DNA of 64,000 nt from Candidatus Marinacidobacterales bacterium (GTDB lineage: Bacteria; Acidobacteriota; Vicinamibacteria; Marinacidobacterales; SMYC01). Positions 40,726-51,496 of this stretch are shown one piece after another. Under the pieces are notes generated by a model. It was not told where the DNA came from and did no database searches. It saw only the letters and a list, made by a program, of their open reading frames with translations. The translations under genes were made by a program, and so were the position numbers. The stretch lies in the NCBI GenBank assembly GCA_965237955.1, contig OZ250169.1, positions 1,760,001-1,824,000 of the forward strand, written 5' to 3'. Positions within the stretch are counted from its first letter, which is position 1. Each line of letters starts with the position of its first letter.

Positions 40726-42435
40726 ATGCGACGTGGCCTTTTCTTCTGCGTTCTCGTCACCATCGGGGGATTGGTCGCGGGATGCGGGTCGCCTCCTGCG
40801 GCGGACGAGGGCGTTTTGCGCGTGGCCCTGTCACGCGAGCCGGCCACGTGGAACCGCTTGCTGGCCGCGGACTACCCCACTCATGTCGTCACCGATCAGC
40901 TCCACGCTCCGTTGATTCGTTTGAACCAGGAGACGCAGCTAATGGAGCCGGCGCTGGCGGAGTCGTGGGAGTTTTCGGAAGATGGCGGCGAGCTCGTGTT
41001 TTACTTGCGGGACGGCGTGCGGTTTTCGGATGGCGAGCCGTTCACCGCGGACGACGTGGCGTTCACGTTCCGGGTTCTCCATGACCCCGGGGTGGCGAGC
41101 CAACTGAAAGACTCGGCGGTGATCGACGGTGAGAACATCGTCGCCCACGTCATCGACGAGACGACTGTCGGCTTCCGGCTGCCGCGCCGCACGGCTACGG
41201 TGGAGAGGATCTTCGACAGTATTCGGATCCTCCCCGAGCATCGTCTGGCGGAGAGCCTCGCCGCCGGCACGCTCGCCGCCGATACCGGACTCGGTGCGCC
41301 CATCGAGAACATCGTCGGTCTCGGAGCGTTCCGTCTGCGCGAGCACGTTCCAGGCCAGCGTATCGTCCTCGAGAAAAACCCGCATTACTTTCGATCGGGC
41401 GACGACGTGTACCCGCGACTGTCGGGAATAGTTTTCGACGTCGTACCGGACACGAACGCCCAAGTTCTCAAGCTCCGCGCCGGCGAGTTCGACCTGCTCG
41501 AGCCCATCGCGCCGGAAGCGTTTCGCGAGCTTCGACGAGAGAGTCCCGCGTCGGTCACTTTGAATGACCTCGGTCCGAGCACGGTTTCCGAGCGCCTGTG
41601 GTTCAACTTGAACCCGGCGAGCCCTATCGATGCGTACAAGAAAAAGTGGTTCGAAGACGTTCGTTTCCGTCGCGCCGTCTCCCTCGCGATCGACCGCAAG
41701 AACATGGCGCGGGTCGTGTTCGGCGGCCTGGCTTCTGCGGCGTCCGGTCCGGTGTCACCCGCCAATCATTTCTGGAGAGACGAGAGCATCCAACCGATGA
41801 AGCGTGACGTCGACAGAGCCCGACGACTCCTCGTCGACGCGGGGTTCCGGTGGGAGGACGAAAACCTCTGCGATCGCGAAGGGAACCCGGTCCGGTTCAC
41901 GATCATCACCAACGCGGGGAGCGATCAGAGACGCCAGGAGGGCGCGTTCATCCAGGAAGATTTGAGGGAGCTCGGCATCGAGACCGTCCTGGCGCCGATC
42001 GAGGGAAGTGCTTTGCTTGCTCGGATCACCGGCACGTTCGACTACGACGCATGTCTACTCGGCTTGACGCAAACGGATCCGGATCCGTCTGCGGAGATGG
42101 CGCTGTGGCTGAGTCGCGCACCGCTTCATTTGTGGCATCCGGCGCAATCGCAGCCTGCGACCGAGTGGGAAGCCCGCATCGACCACCTCATGGAGTCCCA
42201 AATGACTTCGACCGACGACGAGCACCGCAAAGCGTGCTATCACGAAGTGCAACGGATCGTTTTGGAGAACCTGCCGCTGCTCGATCTCGTGGTGCCGCAT
42301 GCGCTCGTTGGTTACAGCTCCGGATTGATGGGCGTCCGGGCGACGCCGTTCTGGCACATTTTATGGAACAGTGACGAGCTTTTCCTCGAACGAGCGACAA
42401 TCCCACGAAATTCAAACCGTGACAGAAGTCACTGA
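40726..42435 (+). CDS. ABC transporter substrate-binding lipoprotein, family 5 (peptide/nickel)
   Basis: LVAGC lipobox, PALAESW, LRDGVRFSDGEPFTADDVAFT. Confidence 0.92.
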   Translation: MRRGLFFCVLVTIGGLVAGCGSPPAADEGVLRVALSREPATWNRLLAADYPTHVVTDQLHAPLIRLNQETQLMEPALAESWEFSEDGGELVFYLRDGVRFSDGEPFTADDVAFTFRVLHDPGVASQLKDSAVIDGENIVAHVIDETTVGFRLPRRTATVERIFDSIRILPEHRLAESLAAGTLAADTGLGAPIENIVGLGAFRLREHVPGQRIVLEKNPHYFRSGDDVYPRLSGIVFDVVPDTNAQVLKLRAGEFDLLEPIAPEAFRELRRESPASVTLNDLGPSTVSERLWFNLNPASPIDAYKKKWFEDVRFRRAVSLAIDRKNMARVVFGGLASAASGPVSPANHFWRDESIQPMKRDVDRARRLLVDAGFRWEDENLCDREGNPVRFTIITNAGSDQRRQEGAFIQEDLRELGIETVLAPIEGSALLARITGTFDYDACLLGLTQTDPDPSAEMALWLSRAPLHLWHPAQSQPATEWEARIDHLMESQMTSTDDEHRKACYHEVQRIVLENLPLLDLVVPHALVGYSSGLMGVRATPFWHILWNSDELFLERATIPRNSNRDRSH

Positions 42436-42728
42436 TCCCAGGGTCGGGCGGGAGTAGCTTGCACCCGTACAGTGAAGTTAGAATCTTGATTCGCGGGGGC
42501 GAGGAGGTGAGCCCGGGATAACGGTTGACGTAGGGGTGGCCCCACAGCAAAGCGGCGCAAGGAAACGCGATCCTAAATCTTCTTATTCTCGTTTTTCCCG
42601 CTCTTGCTCCGGAGTCATCGAACTCTCCGTGAGCTGAACGTCCCGCCCGTTAGTTACATCATCTTGAGCCCCGGCGCTCGGCGTCGTTCGGCCGATCTGC
42701 CGTCTATCGCGACAAAAGGAGGTTCCCC

Positions 42729-42806
42729 ATGCAGGGTATTCTTTGGGTTTATAATTTCAGATTGACGAATAATTATTCTTCATGTGTTTTATTCCGTTAC
42801 ATTTAA
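42729..42806 (+). CDS. Possible 25-aa small ORF (MQGILWVYNFRLTNNYSSCVLFRYI)
   Basis: AAGGAGG just upstream of the ATG; its TAA overlaps the next RBS; the region is AT-rich, so it may be spurious. Confidence 0.3.
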   Translation: MQGILWVYNFRLTNNYSSCVLFRYI

Positions 42807-42816
42807 GGAGAACATC

Positions 42817-42921
42817 TTGGATAACATACAAGAAGTTCAGGAAATCTTAGAACTTACCGTCGAAGAGCTCGAAGAGCGCACGGCGCCCGGCTTGGTTGTT
42901 GTTTGGATTCCATATCCATAG
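42817..42921 (+). CDS. 34-aa peptide MDNIQEVQEILELTVEELEERTAPGLVVVWIPYP (precursor-like)
   Basis: TAAGGAG RBS 6 nt before TTG; acidic leader-like half ending ELEERTAP; followed by a GC hairpin. Confidence 0.7.
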   Translation: MDNIQEVQEILELTVEELEERTAPGLVVVWIPYP

Positions 42922-42957
42922 GGACATAACAAGATTCCCCGCCTAGATGTTGATTCG

Positions 42958-42981
42958 GGAGGCCGCTCGGGGGCGGTCTCC
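42958..42981 (+). terminator. Hairpin downstream of the peptide gene
   Basis: GGAGGCCGC / GCGGTCTCC stem; U-tract weak. Confidence 0.5.
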
Positions 42982-43180
42982 TAAACTTCCTCCCTCGGTT
43001 TTGCTTTCCGTTTGACCCGATCCCAATACCTGTGGTAGTTTGCTTGACCTTGGGTTTTTAGATTTTCAATTGCATGGCTCCGAATAAGGGTTGGGCGCTT
43101 TTTCTACCGGCACTTTTTTCGGTTATTAATAATTTCGCTAACCCGCAGGTGCCGCCTGCAAACGTGATCCGGAGTCGCAC

Positions 43181-45681
43181 TTGGCTTGGCGTAAAGGGCC
43201 CATCGGTGTCCGCTTCTTCTCCTACACGATAGCCGGTCTGGGAGCTCTGACTCTCGGATGGGCGGCCCTGTCCGTCGGCGATTTCGTGGAAAGCCTCCCG
43301 CTCTCCGAAGGGGTCGCGTTTCTGAGCGTCGTCGCCGTCGCGTGCGTGAGCGCGCGCTGGGTCGTGCGGGTGCCACGCACGGACAACTACATGGCGGTGG
43401 CGGATTCCCTGATGCTTGCCGTGACGATGATCTACGGCGTGGTGGCGGGGGTCCTCGCGAACGGTCTCTTCTATCTCGTCAGCTATTGGTGCGTCACTCG
43501 GTCGTCGCCGCTTAGCCCCCGCCGCGACTACGCGTAGAACAATCTACAGGCGGCGTTCAACATCGGGGCGGGGGCGCTCTACGCGCTCGCGTTCGGAGTG
43601 GTCTTCTTCGCTGCGCTCCCGGAGGGTCCCATAGGCGCTCGGCAGCTGGTTATCCCCGTTGTGTTGATGGCGGGGACGTACTTCCTCGTGAACTCCGTGC
43701 TCACGGACGCCGTCCAGGCGTTAGCCGGCCGCGACGCCTTCCGGCAGCTGTGGCTCCAGAACCTCCCGCTGGTGCCGCTCTACTTTCTCGCGTCTGCCGG
43801 CGGCGCCGCCATCGTTCACCTCTTTCATGCCTTCGCAGGCCCGTGGTCATTCGTCCTGGCGTTGCCCATCCTCGTCGTCGCGTACTACGCGCATCTCTTC
43901 TACAACGAGAAGTACGAAGAGCTGTCGCGGCTCCACAAGCAAACGCTCGAAGCGTTCGCGTTTTGTATCGACGCGATGGAGCTGCACACGGACTTCAAGC
44001 ACCACACCCACACGCACATCCAACGCACCCAAGTGCTGGCGCTCTCTCTCGCGCGAGCAGTCAACGTGGACGAGACCACGTACGAGGGGCTGAGCTACGC
44101 GTCGGTCTTGCACGACGTCGGGAAGATCTCCATCCCCTCGTACATTCTTCACAAACCGACGCGGTTGACCGAGAGAGAGTTTCAGAAGATGAGCACCCAC
44201 CCTGCGGTGGGCGCACAGATAATTTCTTCGATCGATTTTCCGTTTCCCGTCGTGGAGATCGTCAGACACCACCACGAGAACTGGGACGGCTCGGGTTATC
44301 CAGATGGGCTCAAGGGAAACTCGATCCCGTTGGGCTCGCGGGTTCTCGCGCTGGCGGATTGCTACGAAGCATTGACCGCACGGCGCGTCTACCGCCGCTC
44401 GTTGTCGCGCGATGCCGCGCTCACGATCATGAAGCGCGAGAAGAACAAGTTCGATCCGGAAATCTTCAAAAAGTTTCTCGAGGTGATCCCCCAGCTTGAG
44501 CAAGAGCTGAAATCCATCGAAGTGCGCTCGCTCGAGGACCCGAGAGAGCATCGCGACCAAAAGAGAGCGCCCGACATCGTAGGAACACCGAAGGCGATGA
44601 CGTTGAGAAGCTCGATCTCGGAACCACAACAAGAGATCTTCACGCTGTTCGAGATTCTGCAGAACATCGGCAACTCGCTCTCGAGCACCGATACCCTCAC
44701 GATTCTCGCGTCCAAGCTCGAGAAGATCGTTCCGTTCACGACGCTCGTCATCTACCTTGCCGAGGAGGGGACCGAAGAGCTCAAGCCCGCCCACATTGCC
44801 GGTGAGCACAAGGAGGCGTTCGCCGAGCTTTCGATCGAGATTGGTACCCGCCTCGCCGGCTGGGTGGCGGCGAACAACCGCTTCCTCTACAACGTGCATC
44901 CGGGGCCCGACACCATGGCGCTGCCGGAGGAGATCAAGAGCCTTTATGGCAACTCGCTCCTGGCGCCGCTTGTGCACGAAGACCGACCGCTCGGCACCAT
45001 CGCGCTCTACGTGACCGGGGACGAACGCTATTCCGACGACCACATTCGCTTGATGGAGATCGTTTCTAACCGCGCGTCGATCGCGCTCTTCAACGCGACC
45101 CGATTCGAGGAGACCCAAGAAGACGCTTTTACCGATCGATTGACCGGGCTTCCGAACTCGAGGTTCCTTTACATTTTCTTCGAGCAGACGCTATCCGAGG
45201 CCAAGCGCTACGGCGAGCCGCTCACCGTGATCGAGCTCGATCTCGACGACTTCAAAGCGGTCAACGATCGGCACGGGCATCACACTGGCGATCGATTCCT
45301 CAAGGAAGTCGGCCGCATCCTCAAAGGTCACATGCGCGACGCCGACGTGCTGGTACGCTACGCTGGCGACGAGTTCATCGCGATCTTGCCGAAGACGACC
45401 TACGAGCAGGCGCGCAATTCTCCTACCGGCTTCAGGAAGCGGTCGAAGAGACCGAGCTCGATGTCGGTATCGGTTCGATGCTCAAAGTCGGCATCTCGCT
45501 CGGGCTCGCTTCTTACCCTGCCGCCGGACAGGACTTGGAATCGCTTCTCATGGCCGCGGACAAGGCCATGTACGAGGACAAAGCTCGTCGGAAGGGCCGA
45601 AAGCGCGGCAGCTCCAAATCGGACAGCTACCAGCCAAGCCTATTCGAATCGGAAGAGCTACATAGTCAGCGTCCGAATTAG
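43181..45681 (+). pseudogene. Membrane-sensor HD-GYP + GAF + GGDEF protein with an in-frame TAG (43535) and a frameshift (~45417)
   Basis: Multi-TM N-terminus; LHDVGK, HHENWDGSGYP; DRLTGLPN, RYAGDEF; AADKAMY lies in the shifted frame ending 45681. Confidence 0.85.
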
Positions 45682-45869
45682 ACCGGCATACGGCATACGG
45701 CAGAATGCGCAGTATCGCCTCACGGCAGCGCCTTCGATGAGCACGCCTTGCGGCCGCGATGAATAGGGATGGCCACAGATCAACCTACCGGCAAAACGGT
45801 GCTCGATGTGTGACACTGCCATTTACCGGCAGAGCGAGAATAGACCGGAATGCCGGATGCCGAATACCG
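45682..45869. repeat. Intergenic element with inverted (CGGCATH)n arms
   Basis: cggcatacggcatacggca ... aatgccggatgccgaataccg; core has TTACCGGCAG, shared with the CAGCATY elements. Confidence 0.7.
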
Positions 45870-46490
45870 TCAGCCTGCTGAACTGGGCTTTTTCAGCGGC
45901 TCAACAATCTCGTCGCGTTTTTGATCTTCTTCCACTTCCGGCTTGAAGCATCGGCGGCAGCGCGCTTCATAAGCGCCGGTGCCGCCGACGACCACCCGAT
46001 CCTGGGACGCGACGAGACGCTGCGTCTGATTCGCCGGGCTCCCGCAGCGCATGCAGATCGCGAGCGTCTTGGTGATGTACTCGGCGACCGCCAGCAATTG
46101 CGGCATCGGCTCGAACGGTTTTCCGAGGAAGTCCGTGTCGAGTCCGGCGACGATGACGCGCTTTCCGGCGTTGGCGAGTTGGTTGCAGACGTCGACGAGC
46201 GTCGTATCGAAGAACTGGCCTTCGTCGATGCCTGTTACTTCGGTGCGGTGGTTCAACTTCTCCAGGATCTGGCTCGCGTGTTCAACGAGCTCCGCGTCGA
46301 TCCGCATGTCGCTGTGCGAGACGATGTGCTCGCGGCTGTAACGTCCGTCGATGATCGGCTTGAAAATCTGAACGCGCTGGCGCGCGATCTGTGTGCGCCG
46401 CAACCGGCGGATGAGCTCCTCGCTCTTGCCGCTGAACATACTTCCGGTGATGACTTCGATCCATCCGGGATGGGAATGAAAAACATCCAT
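45870..46490 (-). CDS. tdk: Thymidine kinase
   Basis: [19 protein letters not shown], two CxxC. Confidence 0.96.
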   Translation of the reverse strand: MDVFHSHPGWIEVITGSMFSGKSEELIRRLRRTQIARQRVQIFKPIIDGRYSREHIVSHSDMRIDAELVEHASQILEKLNHRTEVTGIDEGQFFDTTLVDVCNQLANAGKRVIVAGLDTDFLGKPFEPMPQLLAVAEYITKTLAICMRCGSPANQTQRLVASQDRVVVGGTGAYEARCRRCFKPEVEEDQKRDEIVEPLKKPSSAG

Positions 46491-46500
46491 AACTGTCCAG

Positions 46501-47094
46501 CTATATTAGCGAATACGCACCTGCATTATAGAACGGCGCGAGCGCGTGCAACATGGAGCGCGCAAATGCTTCCTCGCGCGTGACAACACCGCCCGTGAGA
46601 ACGCCGAACGTGCCCTCGTGACCGGCGACGTCGCGCCGCTCGAAGTAGTGGTCGGCGGCAGGACCTAGATCTTCCCCTCGTTCGAGCACGGCGGCGGCGA
46701 GCTCGTCGGGGAGCGGGATCCGACCGCTGCCCCCGAAAAAGCCGTGCTCGCCGTCCGTCGCGAATGCCCAGGATTCCAGGAACACGGTGCGGCCTTCGGT
46801 GGCAACACCACCTTCGAGACCGATGCTCAGCGAGGGCGTGAGCCCGTCGTCTCGTACCGCGACGAGCGCGGCGTGCGCGCGATTTTTCGCGCCGAGCATC
46901 GTCGCTTCCGTCGCCGTCGGGGTGGACGGCGCTCCCGAAGGCACTTGCCGCGGCTCGACTCTGAGCTCACCCGGTAGAAAATCGGGAAAGCGCGCACGCA
47001 ACTCCGCCAGAACGCGCTCGACGGCCTGAACCTTGGGACGCCTGGTCGTCCCGACAGAGACGATTGAGGCCGGCGCAGGGTCAAGTCTCTTCAA
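46501..47094 (-). CDS. Non-canonical purine NTP phosphatase (YjjX/DUF84 family)
   Basis: GTTRRPK, GAKNRA, IGLEGG, GVLTGG. Confidence 0.82.
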   Translation of the reverse strand: MKRLDPAPASIVSVGTTRRPKVQAVERVLAELRARFPDFLPGELRVEPRQVPSGAPSTPTATEATMLGAKNRAHAALVAVRDDGLTPSLSIGLEGGVATEGRTVFLESWAFATDGEHGFFGGSGRIPLPDELAAAVLERGEDLGPAADHYFERRDVAGHEGTFGVLTGGVVTREEAFARSMLHALAPFYNAGAYSLI

Positions 47095-48085
47095 TTACGA
47101 GCTCCAATCCTCGGGGCGCCAGGTGGTACTCCAACACCGAGCCGCCTGCCTCGACGACGGCATCCGCGACCTTTTTCCGCTTGCCCCCCGGGACCGCGAG
47201 GATCATGCACCCACCACCACCGGCACCGCACACTTTCGCTGCGGTGGCCCCGCCTTCGTGAGCTGCGGCAATGAGCTCTTCCAGCTCCGGGCTCGAGACC
47301 GCGGGTGCCATCTCGCGCCGCGCCTGCCAGTCCTCGCCGATGAGCTTCGCGACGCGATTCAAATCGGAGGCGACGAGGGCGTCGCGCACCGCGACTGCAG
47401 TACGACCACTGCGCTCGACCGCTGCGACCGTCTTTGCGTCGTCCTCGATGAAGCGTTTGACCACTTCCCAGTTCGTGGCGCCCGAGCGATGCGGTTGATG
47501 GGAATACGCCAGGAGGAAACGTTCACGAAAGGCTTCCGCGTCGACGGGCAGAGCTTCGCGACGATGGCCGAGCTTCTGCTACCACAGGCATGCCGCTCCG
47601 CCGAATACCGGAGGGTAATGATCCTGGGCGCCGGTCATGGTGCGAAGGAGCTCGACTTCGACGTCCTTGACGATGTCGATCAGCTCGTGCGATCGGTAAC
47701 GAAATCCAGTCAGCCCGTTCAACGCCCCGGCAATCGAGATCCCGAGTGACGACGATGCGCCGAGGCCGGCCTGGGGCGGCGCTTCCGAATGGATCGTAAG
47801 CGTGAGCGGGCGCTCGGGTGCGAAAAACGCGAGGAGCCGTCCCGCGATTTCTGAGCCCTCCATGTGGGCGAGCTCGTCGGGCGAGGCCGCCGAGACGCTA
47901 CGGCCCGACCGACGCTCACGAACGTGCCAGGCATCGTCGGGAGAGAGGTCGATGGCCGCTTCCGTGTAGAGATCGATCGCGATATTGACCGTCGCCGCCT
48001 CGTCGATGAGGAGGTACAGCGGCCACAGATCGACGGTGCCTCCCGCGAGATCGATCCGCGTCGGGGCGTGGGCCCGAAGGGTCAT
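47081..48085 (-). pseudogene. GHMP sugar kinase (HddA-like) with an in-frame TAG at 47579-47581
   Basis: APTRIDLAGG, GLGASS, GAQD, KVCGAGGGG; both halves are in the same frame. Confidence 0.85.
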
Positions 48086-48088
48086 CGC

Positions 48089-48625
48089 CTACCAGACGAA
48101 CCCGGCGTAGAGGGAGTAGGTCGTGTTCGACCCAAACTGGTTGACCGTCGCTGCGTCGGAGCTGAACGATCGCTGTAGCTGTAGCTCGACGCTCAGGCGG
48201 CCGAGCTCGACGCCGCCCACCAAATGGAATCCGAAATCGCTCTTCCAATCGTTTCCGCCGGACAAGAGGATGAACGTGCTGATCAGGCCGAGGCCACCGC
48301 CGCCGTAAGGGCGCACCCCTATGTTGCCCGACTTGTACTTCACGTTGACGAAGCCGTTGGCCGGGAACAGAGTCGCGGTTCGGGGTGTGTCGGCGACGTC
48401 CTGGCGGAAGACCGACGTCTGGAGCTCGAAGCCCAGGTAGATGGTCTCCTCGAAGTTCACCGGGTAGTCGGATCCGAAACCGATGCGCCAGCGCCCTTCG
48501 AACCCGATGTCGCGCGGGGAGACGATGACGCCGCCTCTGAGAAACGCGTCACCCGCACCAGCGGGCGTCGACCACAATGCCAGAAACACGACCGCGACAG
48601 CGGCGCTGCTTATCCGTTGACTCAT
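48089..48625 (-). CDS. Small outer-membrane beta-barrel protein
   Basis: Signal peptide (AGA), PYGGGGLG, alternating strands, C-terminal aromatic residue. Confidence 0.75.
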   Translation of the reverse strand: MSQRISSAAVAVVFLALWSTPAGAGDAFLRGGVIVSPRDIGFEGRWRIGFGSDYPVNFEETIYLGFELQTSVFRQDVADTPRTATLFPANGFVNVKYKSGNIGVRPYGGGGLGLISTFILLSGGNDWKSDFGFHLVGGVELGRLSVELQLQRSFSSDAATVNQFGSNTTYSLYAGFVW

Positions 48626-48699
48626 GTGTTCCGGATTATATCGAAGCCTCGCGTGGACCTTCAACGGATGAGGTTTCATCGCGGTGCTATCCTCTTTGG

Positions 48700-49263
48700 G
48701 TGAGCAAGCTCGTCGAACAGGTGCGGCGCCGATTGGCGGCGCGGGTCCCACGGCGAGGTCCGAGCGGCCTTCGCGCCGCGGCGGTGCTGGTGCCGATCGT
48801 GGTGAACCCGGAGCCTCGAGGCGAGAGACTGCTCCTGACCCGACGCTCGCAATCCTTGCGGCGCCAGCCGGGAGATATCGCGTTTCCTGGCGGAGCGGTG
48901 GATCCCGAGGACCCGTCTCCGCTCGCGACCGCTTTGCGAGAAACCCACGAAGAAGTCGGCCTCTCGTCGGACGACGTCACCGTTCTCGGTCAGATGGACG
49001 AGAGGGGAACGGTGACCGGGTTTTGCATCACGCCCTTCGTCGCCTCAGTGGCTGGTCCTTATCCGTTTCGAACGAACCACGAGGTCGATGCGCTTCTCGA
49101 AGTGCCCATCGGGGCGTTGACGGCTCCCGACGTTCTCGAAGTCGAGAAGCGCCGCTTACCGGATGGATCGTTTGTAGCCGTATACCATTATTACTTCGAG
49201 GGGCACGATATCTGGGGAATCACGGGTCAGTTGATCAAGGAATTCTTGGAGTTGATTGAGTAG
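48700..49263 (+). CDS. Nudix CoA pyrophosphatase
   Basis: AAVLVP, LLTRRS, PGDIAFPGG, ALRETHEEVG, IWGITG. Confidence 0.9.
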   Translation: MSKLVEQVRRRLAARVPRRGPSGLRAAAVLVPIVVNPEPRGERLLLTRRSQSLRRQPGDIAFPGGAVDPEDPSPLATALRETHEEVGLSSDDVTVLGQMDERGTVTGFCITPFVASVAGPYPFRTNHEVDALLEVPIGALTAPDVLEVEKRRLPDGSFVAVYHYYFEGHDIWGITGQLIKEFLELIE

Positions 49264-49264
49264 C

Positions 49265-49416
49265 CAGCATCCAGCATTCAGCATCCAGCATTCGGTTCAC
49301 ATCACGGCCTGCCGGTAAGTGCCGTTGTCGCTCCTCGACCACCGTCGTGCCACAAACCAAAACGTCTGCTACAGGCACGTCGTCGAAATGAACTGAATGC
49401 TGAATGCTGGATGCTG
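49265..49416. repeat. MITE-like element with inverted (CAGCATY)n arms, copy A
   Basis: Arms plus a core alignable to 60270-60413. Confidence 0.85.
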
Positions 49417-49417
49417 A

Positions 49418-50377
49418 TCATCGACGAGGAAACCTGCATTCCTGCGGATCCTTCTGTACGAAGCCAATGAACACCGGGTGGCGTAATCGGTGGTCCATGG
49501 TCAGCTCCGCGTACTCCACTCTCACGACGAGGGCTGGTTTCAGCCAGTCGATCTCGCCCGGGGCGTCCGCTGCGAAATTCGAAGGCCGCTCGGCTTTCAA
49601 CGGTCCCAGCTCCGTGCCGAGCTCGGCGACGGTCTTCTGATCGAGCCCGCTACCGACGTTTCCGAGCCACACGAGCGCGTCGTTCTCGTACACGCCCAAC
49701 ACCAACGATTTTACGCGACGGGTGCGGTGCTCGCGCACGATCCCGACTAGGACCCCGTCGGTGCGCCGCCTTACCTTGAGCTTCAACCAATCGTTCGAGC
49801 GCTCGCCGCACAGGTAGCGGCTTTCTAAAACCTTCGCCACCACACCCTCGAGCCCGCGCTCGTCGGCTTCCTTGAATAGCGCCTTGCCTTGGCTCAACAC
49901 GTAGGTGCTCTCGACGATCGGAGAGGGTGGTTCTTTCAAGAGATCGGACAAGAGCCGCTTGCGCTCTTCGAGCGGGCGATCGAACAACGGCTCACCGTCG
50001 CGAAACAGAAGATCGAAAGCAACATAAATGACCGGGTGTTGCCGCGCTTTGAGAAGAGCCGCATCTCGTGAAGCCGTCTGCTCACGGGTCAAGACCCGTT
50101 GGAAGTTGGGTCGACCATCGTCGTCGAGGACGATGACTTCACCGTCGAGGATGCCCTCTCCGGGCAGTTTCTCCAGCGTCGCCACGACCTCGGGATAGCG
50201 CGCGGTCGCATCCGTGAGCTTTCGCCCCTGAAGTCGAGCGACGCCGTTGCCGAAAAAAGCGAGGACGCGAATGCCGTCCCACTTGATCTCGAAGAGGTGC
50301 TTGTCGGAATCGAAAGGAGACCCCGTCCTCGCCAGCATGGGCGCAATTTTTTTGTTCAACCAGTGGTTGTGTTGCAT
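49418..50377 (-). CDS. ligD: ATP-dependent DNA ligase (LigD ligase domain only)
   Basis: EIKWDGIR, LDGEV, AFDLL, EGVVAK, WLKLK, LRHPVF. Confidence 0.88.
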   Translation of the reverse strand: MQHNHWLNKKIAPMLARTGSPFDSDKHLFEIKWDGIRVLAFFGNGVARLQGRKLTDATARYPEVVATLEKLPGEGILDGEVIVLDDDGRPNFQRVLTREQTASRDAALLKARQHPVIYVAFDLLFRDGEPLFDRPLEERKRLLSDLLKEPPSPIVESTYVLSQGKALFKEADERGLEGVVAKVLESRYLCGERSNDWLKLKVRRRTDGVLVGIVREHRTRRVKSLVLGVYENDALVWLGNVGSGLDQKTVAELGTELGPLKAERPSNFAADAPGEIDWLKPALVVRVEYAELTMDHRLRHPVFIGFVQKDPQECRFPRR

Positions 50378-50382
50378 GGTGC

Positions 50383-50499
50383 GCCATCGGCCATCAGCCG
50401 TCAGCCATCGGCCCGACCACGGTGAGTCGCGCGTGCCGGCATGGGGCGATTGAAAGGACCAAGGAAACAGCTGACGGCTGATGGCCGATGGCTGAAGGC
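50383..50499. repeat. Element with inverted (GCCRTCR)n heptamer arms between ku and ligD
   Basis: gccatcggccatcagccgtcagccatcggc ... gctgacggctgatggccgatggctgaaggc. Confidence 0.8.
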
Positions 50500-50516
50500 G
50501 GATCCGTGCGCACGAT

Positions 50517-51335
50517 CTACTCGTTCGCAGCTTTCGCGCGCTCTTCGCCCGCTTCCCTTGGAGCCAGCTCACTCTTTTCCAGACTCGACTTGAGGGCATC
50601 CATCAGATTAATGACTTTGCCCGTTTCCACTTCCGGCGGCTCCACGATCTCTTTGCCCTCGGCCTTGGCTTTGACGATGTCGAGGAGAGCTTTTTTGTAG
50701 TTGTCCGCGAATTCCTCGGGATGGAAAGGCTTGGTGATCGACTCGATGAGCTCGCTCGCGAGCTTCAGCTCGTCGGGATTGACCTCGGGATTGGCGTCGA
50801 GCTCTTCGATTCCCGAAAGCGCGCGGACCTCATCCGCGAAGTAGAGAGCCGACATCACGAACACCTTCTCGCGTGGCCGGATGGCGACGACTTGCTCTTT
50901 ACCGTTCATGACGACGCGCGCGAGCCCGATGCGCTCTTTTTCCTCCGTCGCGTGCAGGATCGTCGCGAAGCTTTCGATCGCGACGGGTCCATCCGGGACC
51001 ACGTAGTGCGAGCCGTGGTAGTAGAGTGGATCGATCTCGCCCCGGTTGACGAACTGGACGATATTGATGGACTTCGTGCTTTCGAGGCGCACTTTGGTGA
51101 AGTCTTCCTCGTCCATGATGACGTACTGTTCTTTGGCGTATTCGTAGCCTTTGACGATCTCATCGCTCGAAACGCTGCGCTCGCACGTGGGGCAACGCTT
51201 GTCGTACTTGACGCGAGAGTTGCACTCTTTGTGAATCTGATTGAAGGATAGTGATTGGGATCGCGCTGCGGGGTACAGGCGAACGGGGATGTTCACGAGC
51301 GAAAGCTTGAGGAAACCCTTCCATGTCGGTCTCAT
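50517..51335 (-). CDS. ku: Ku protein (NHEJ)
   Basis: WKGFLKLSLVNIPV, IVKGYE, VINLMDALKSSL. Confidence 0.95.
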   Translation of the reverse strand: MRPTWKGFLKLSLVNIPVRLYPAARSQSLSFNQIHKECNSRVKYDKRCPTCERSVSSDEIVKGYEYAKEQYVIMDEEDFTKVRLESTKSINIVQFVNRGEIDPLYYHGSHYVVPDGPVAIESFATILHATEEKERIGLARVVMNGKEQVVAIRPREKVFVMSALYFADEVRALSGIEELDANPEVNPDELKLASELIESITKPFHPEEFADNYKKALLDIVKAKAEGKEIVEPPEVETGKVINLMDALKSSLEKSELAPREAGEERAKAANE

Positions 51336-51496
51336 CGTGCGTCCCTCCGATCCGAAGTGTAGAAGGGCAGTCGACTGCGTGTCAACGCTTTGGTCAGGAG
51401 ATCCGATGCAAGACACGCTATGTCAATTTGGAGATAAGAAAATGCAATAATTGCAGAATTCGGGTACCGTGCGTGGAAAAACCTGCGCGATCATTG

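Noticed and set aside
42440-42600. c-di-GMP riboswitch upstream of the peptide/HD-GYP genes
   Set aside because: GCAAA and GAAA words occur, but I could not build the GEMM two-stem structure by eye; needs Infernal
42729-42806. AgrD-like cyclic thiolactone peptide (YSSCVLF)
   Set aside because: Resemblance is short; no amphipathic leader, charged tail or agrB in the window
43535-47581. Genome-wide amber recoding or pyrrolysine
   Set aside because: Many conserved genes (for example clpB and RND1) end at the expected position with TAG; no pyl genes in the window
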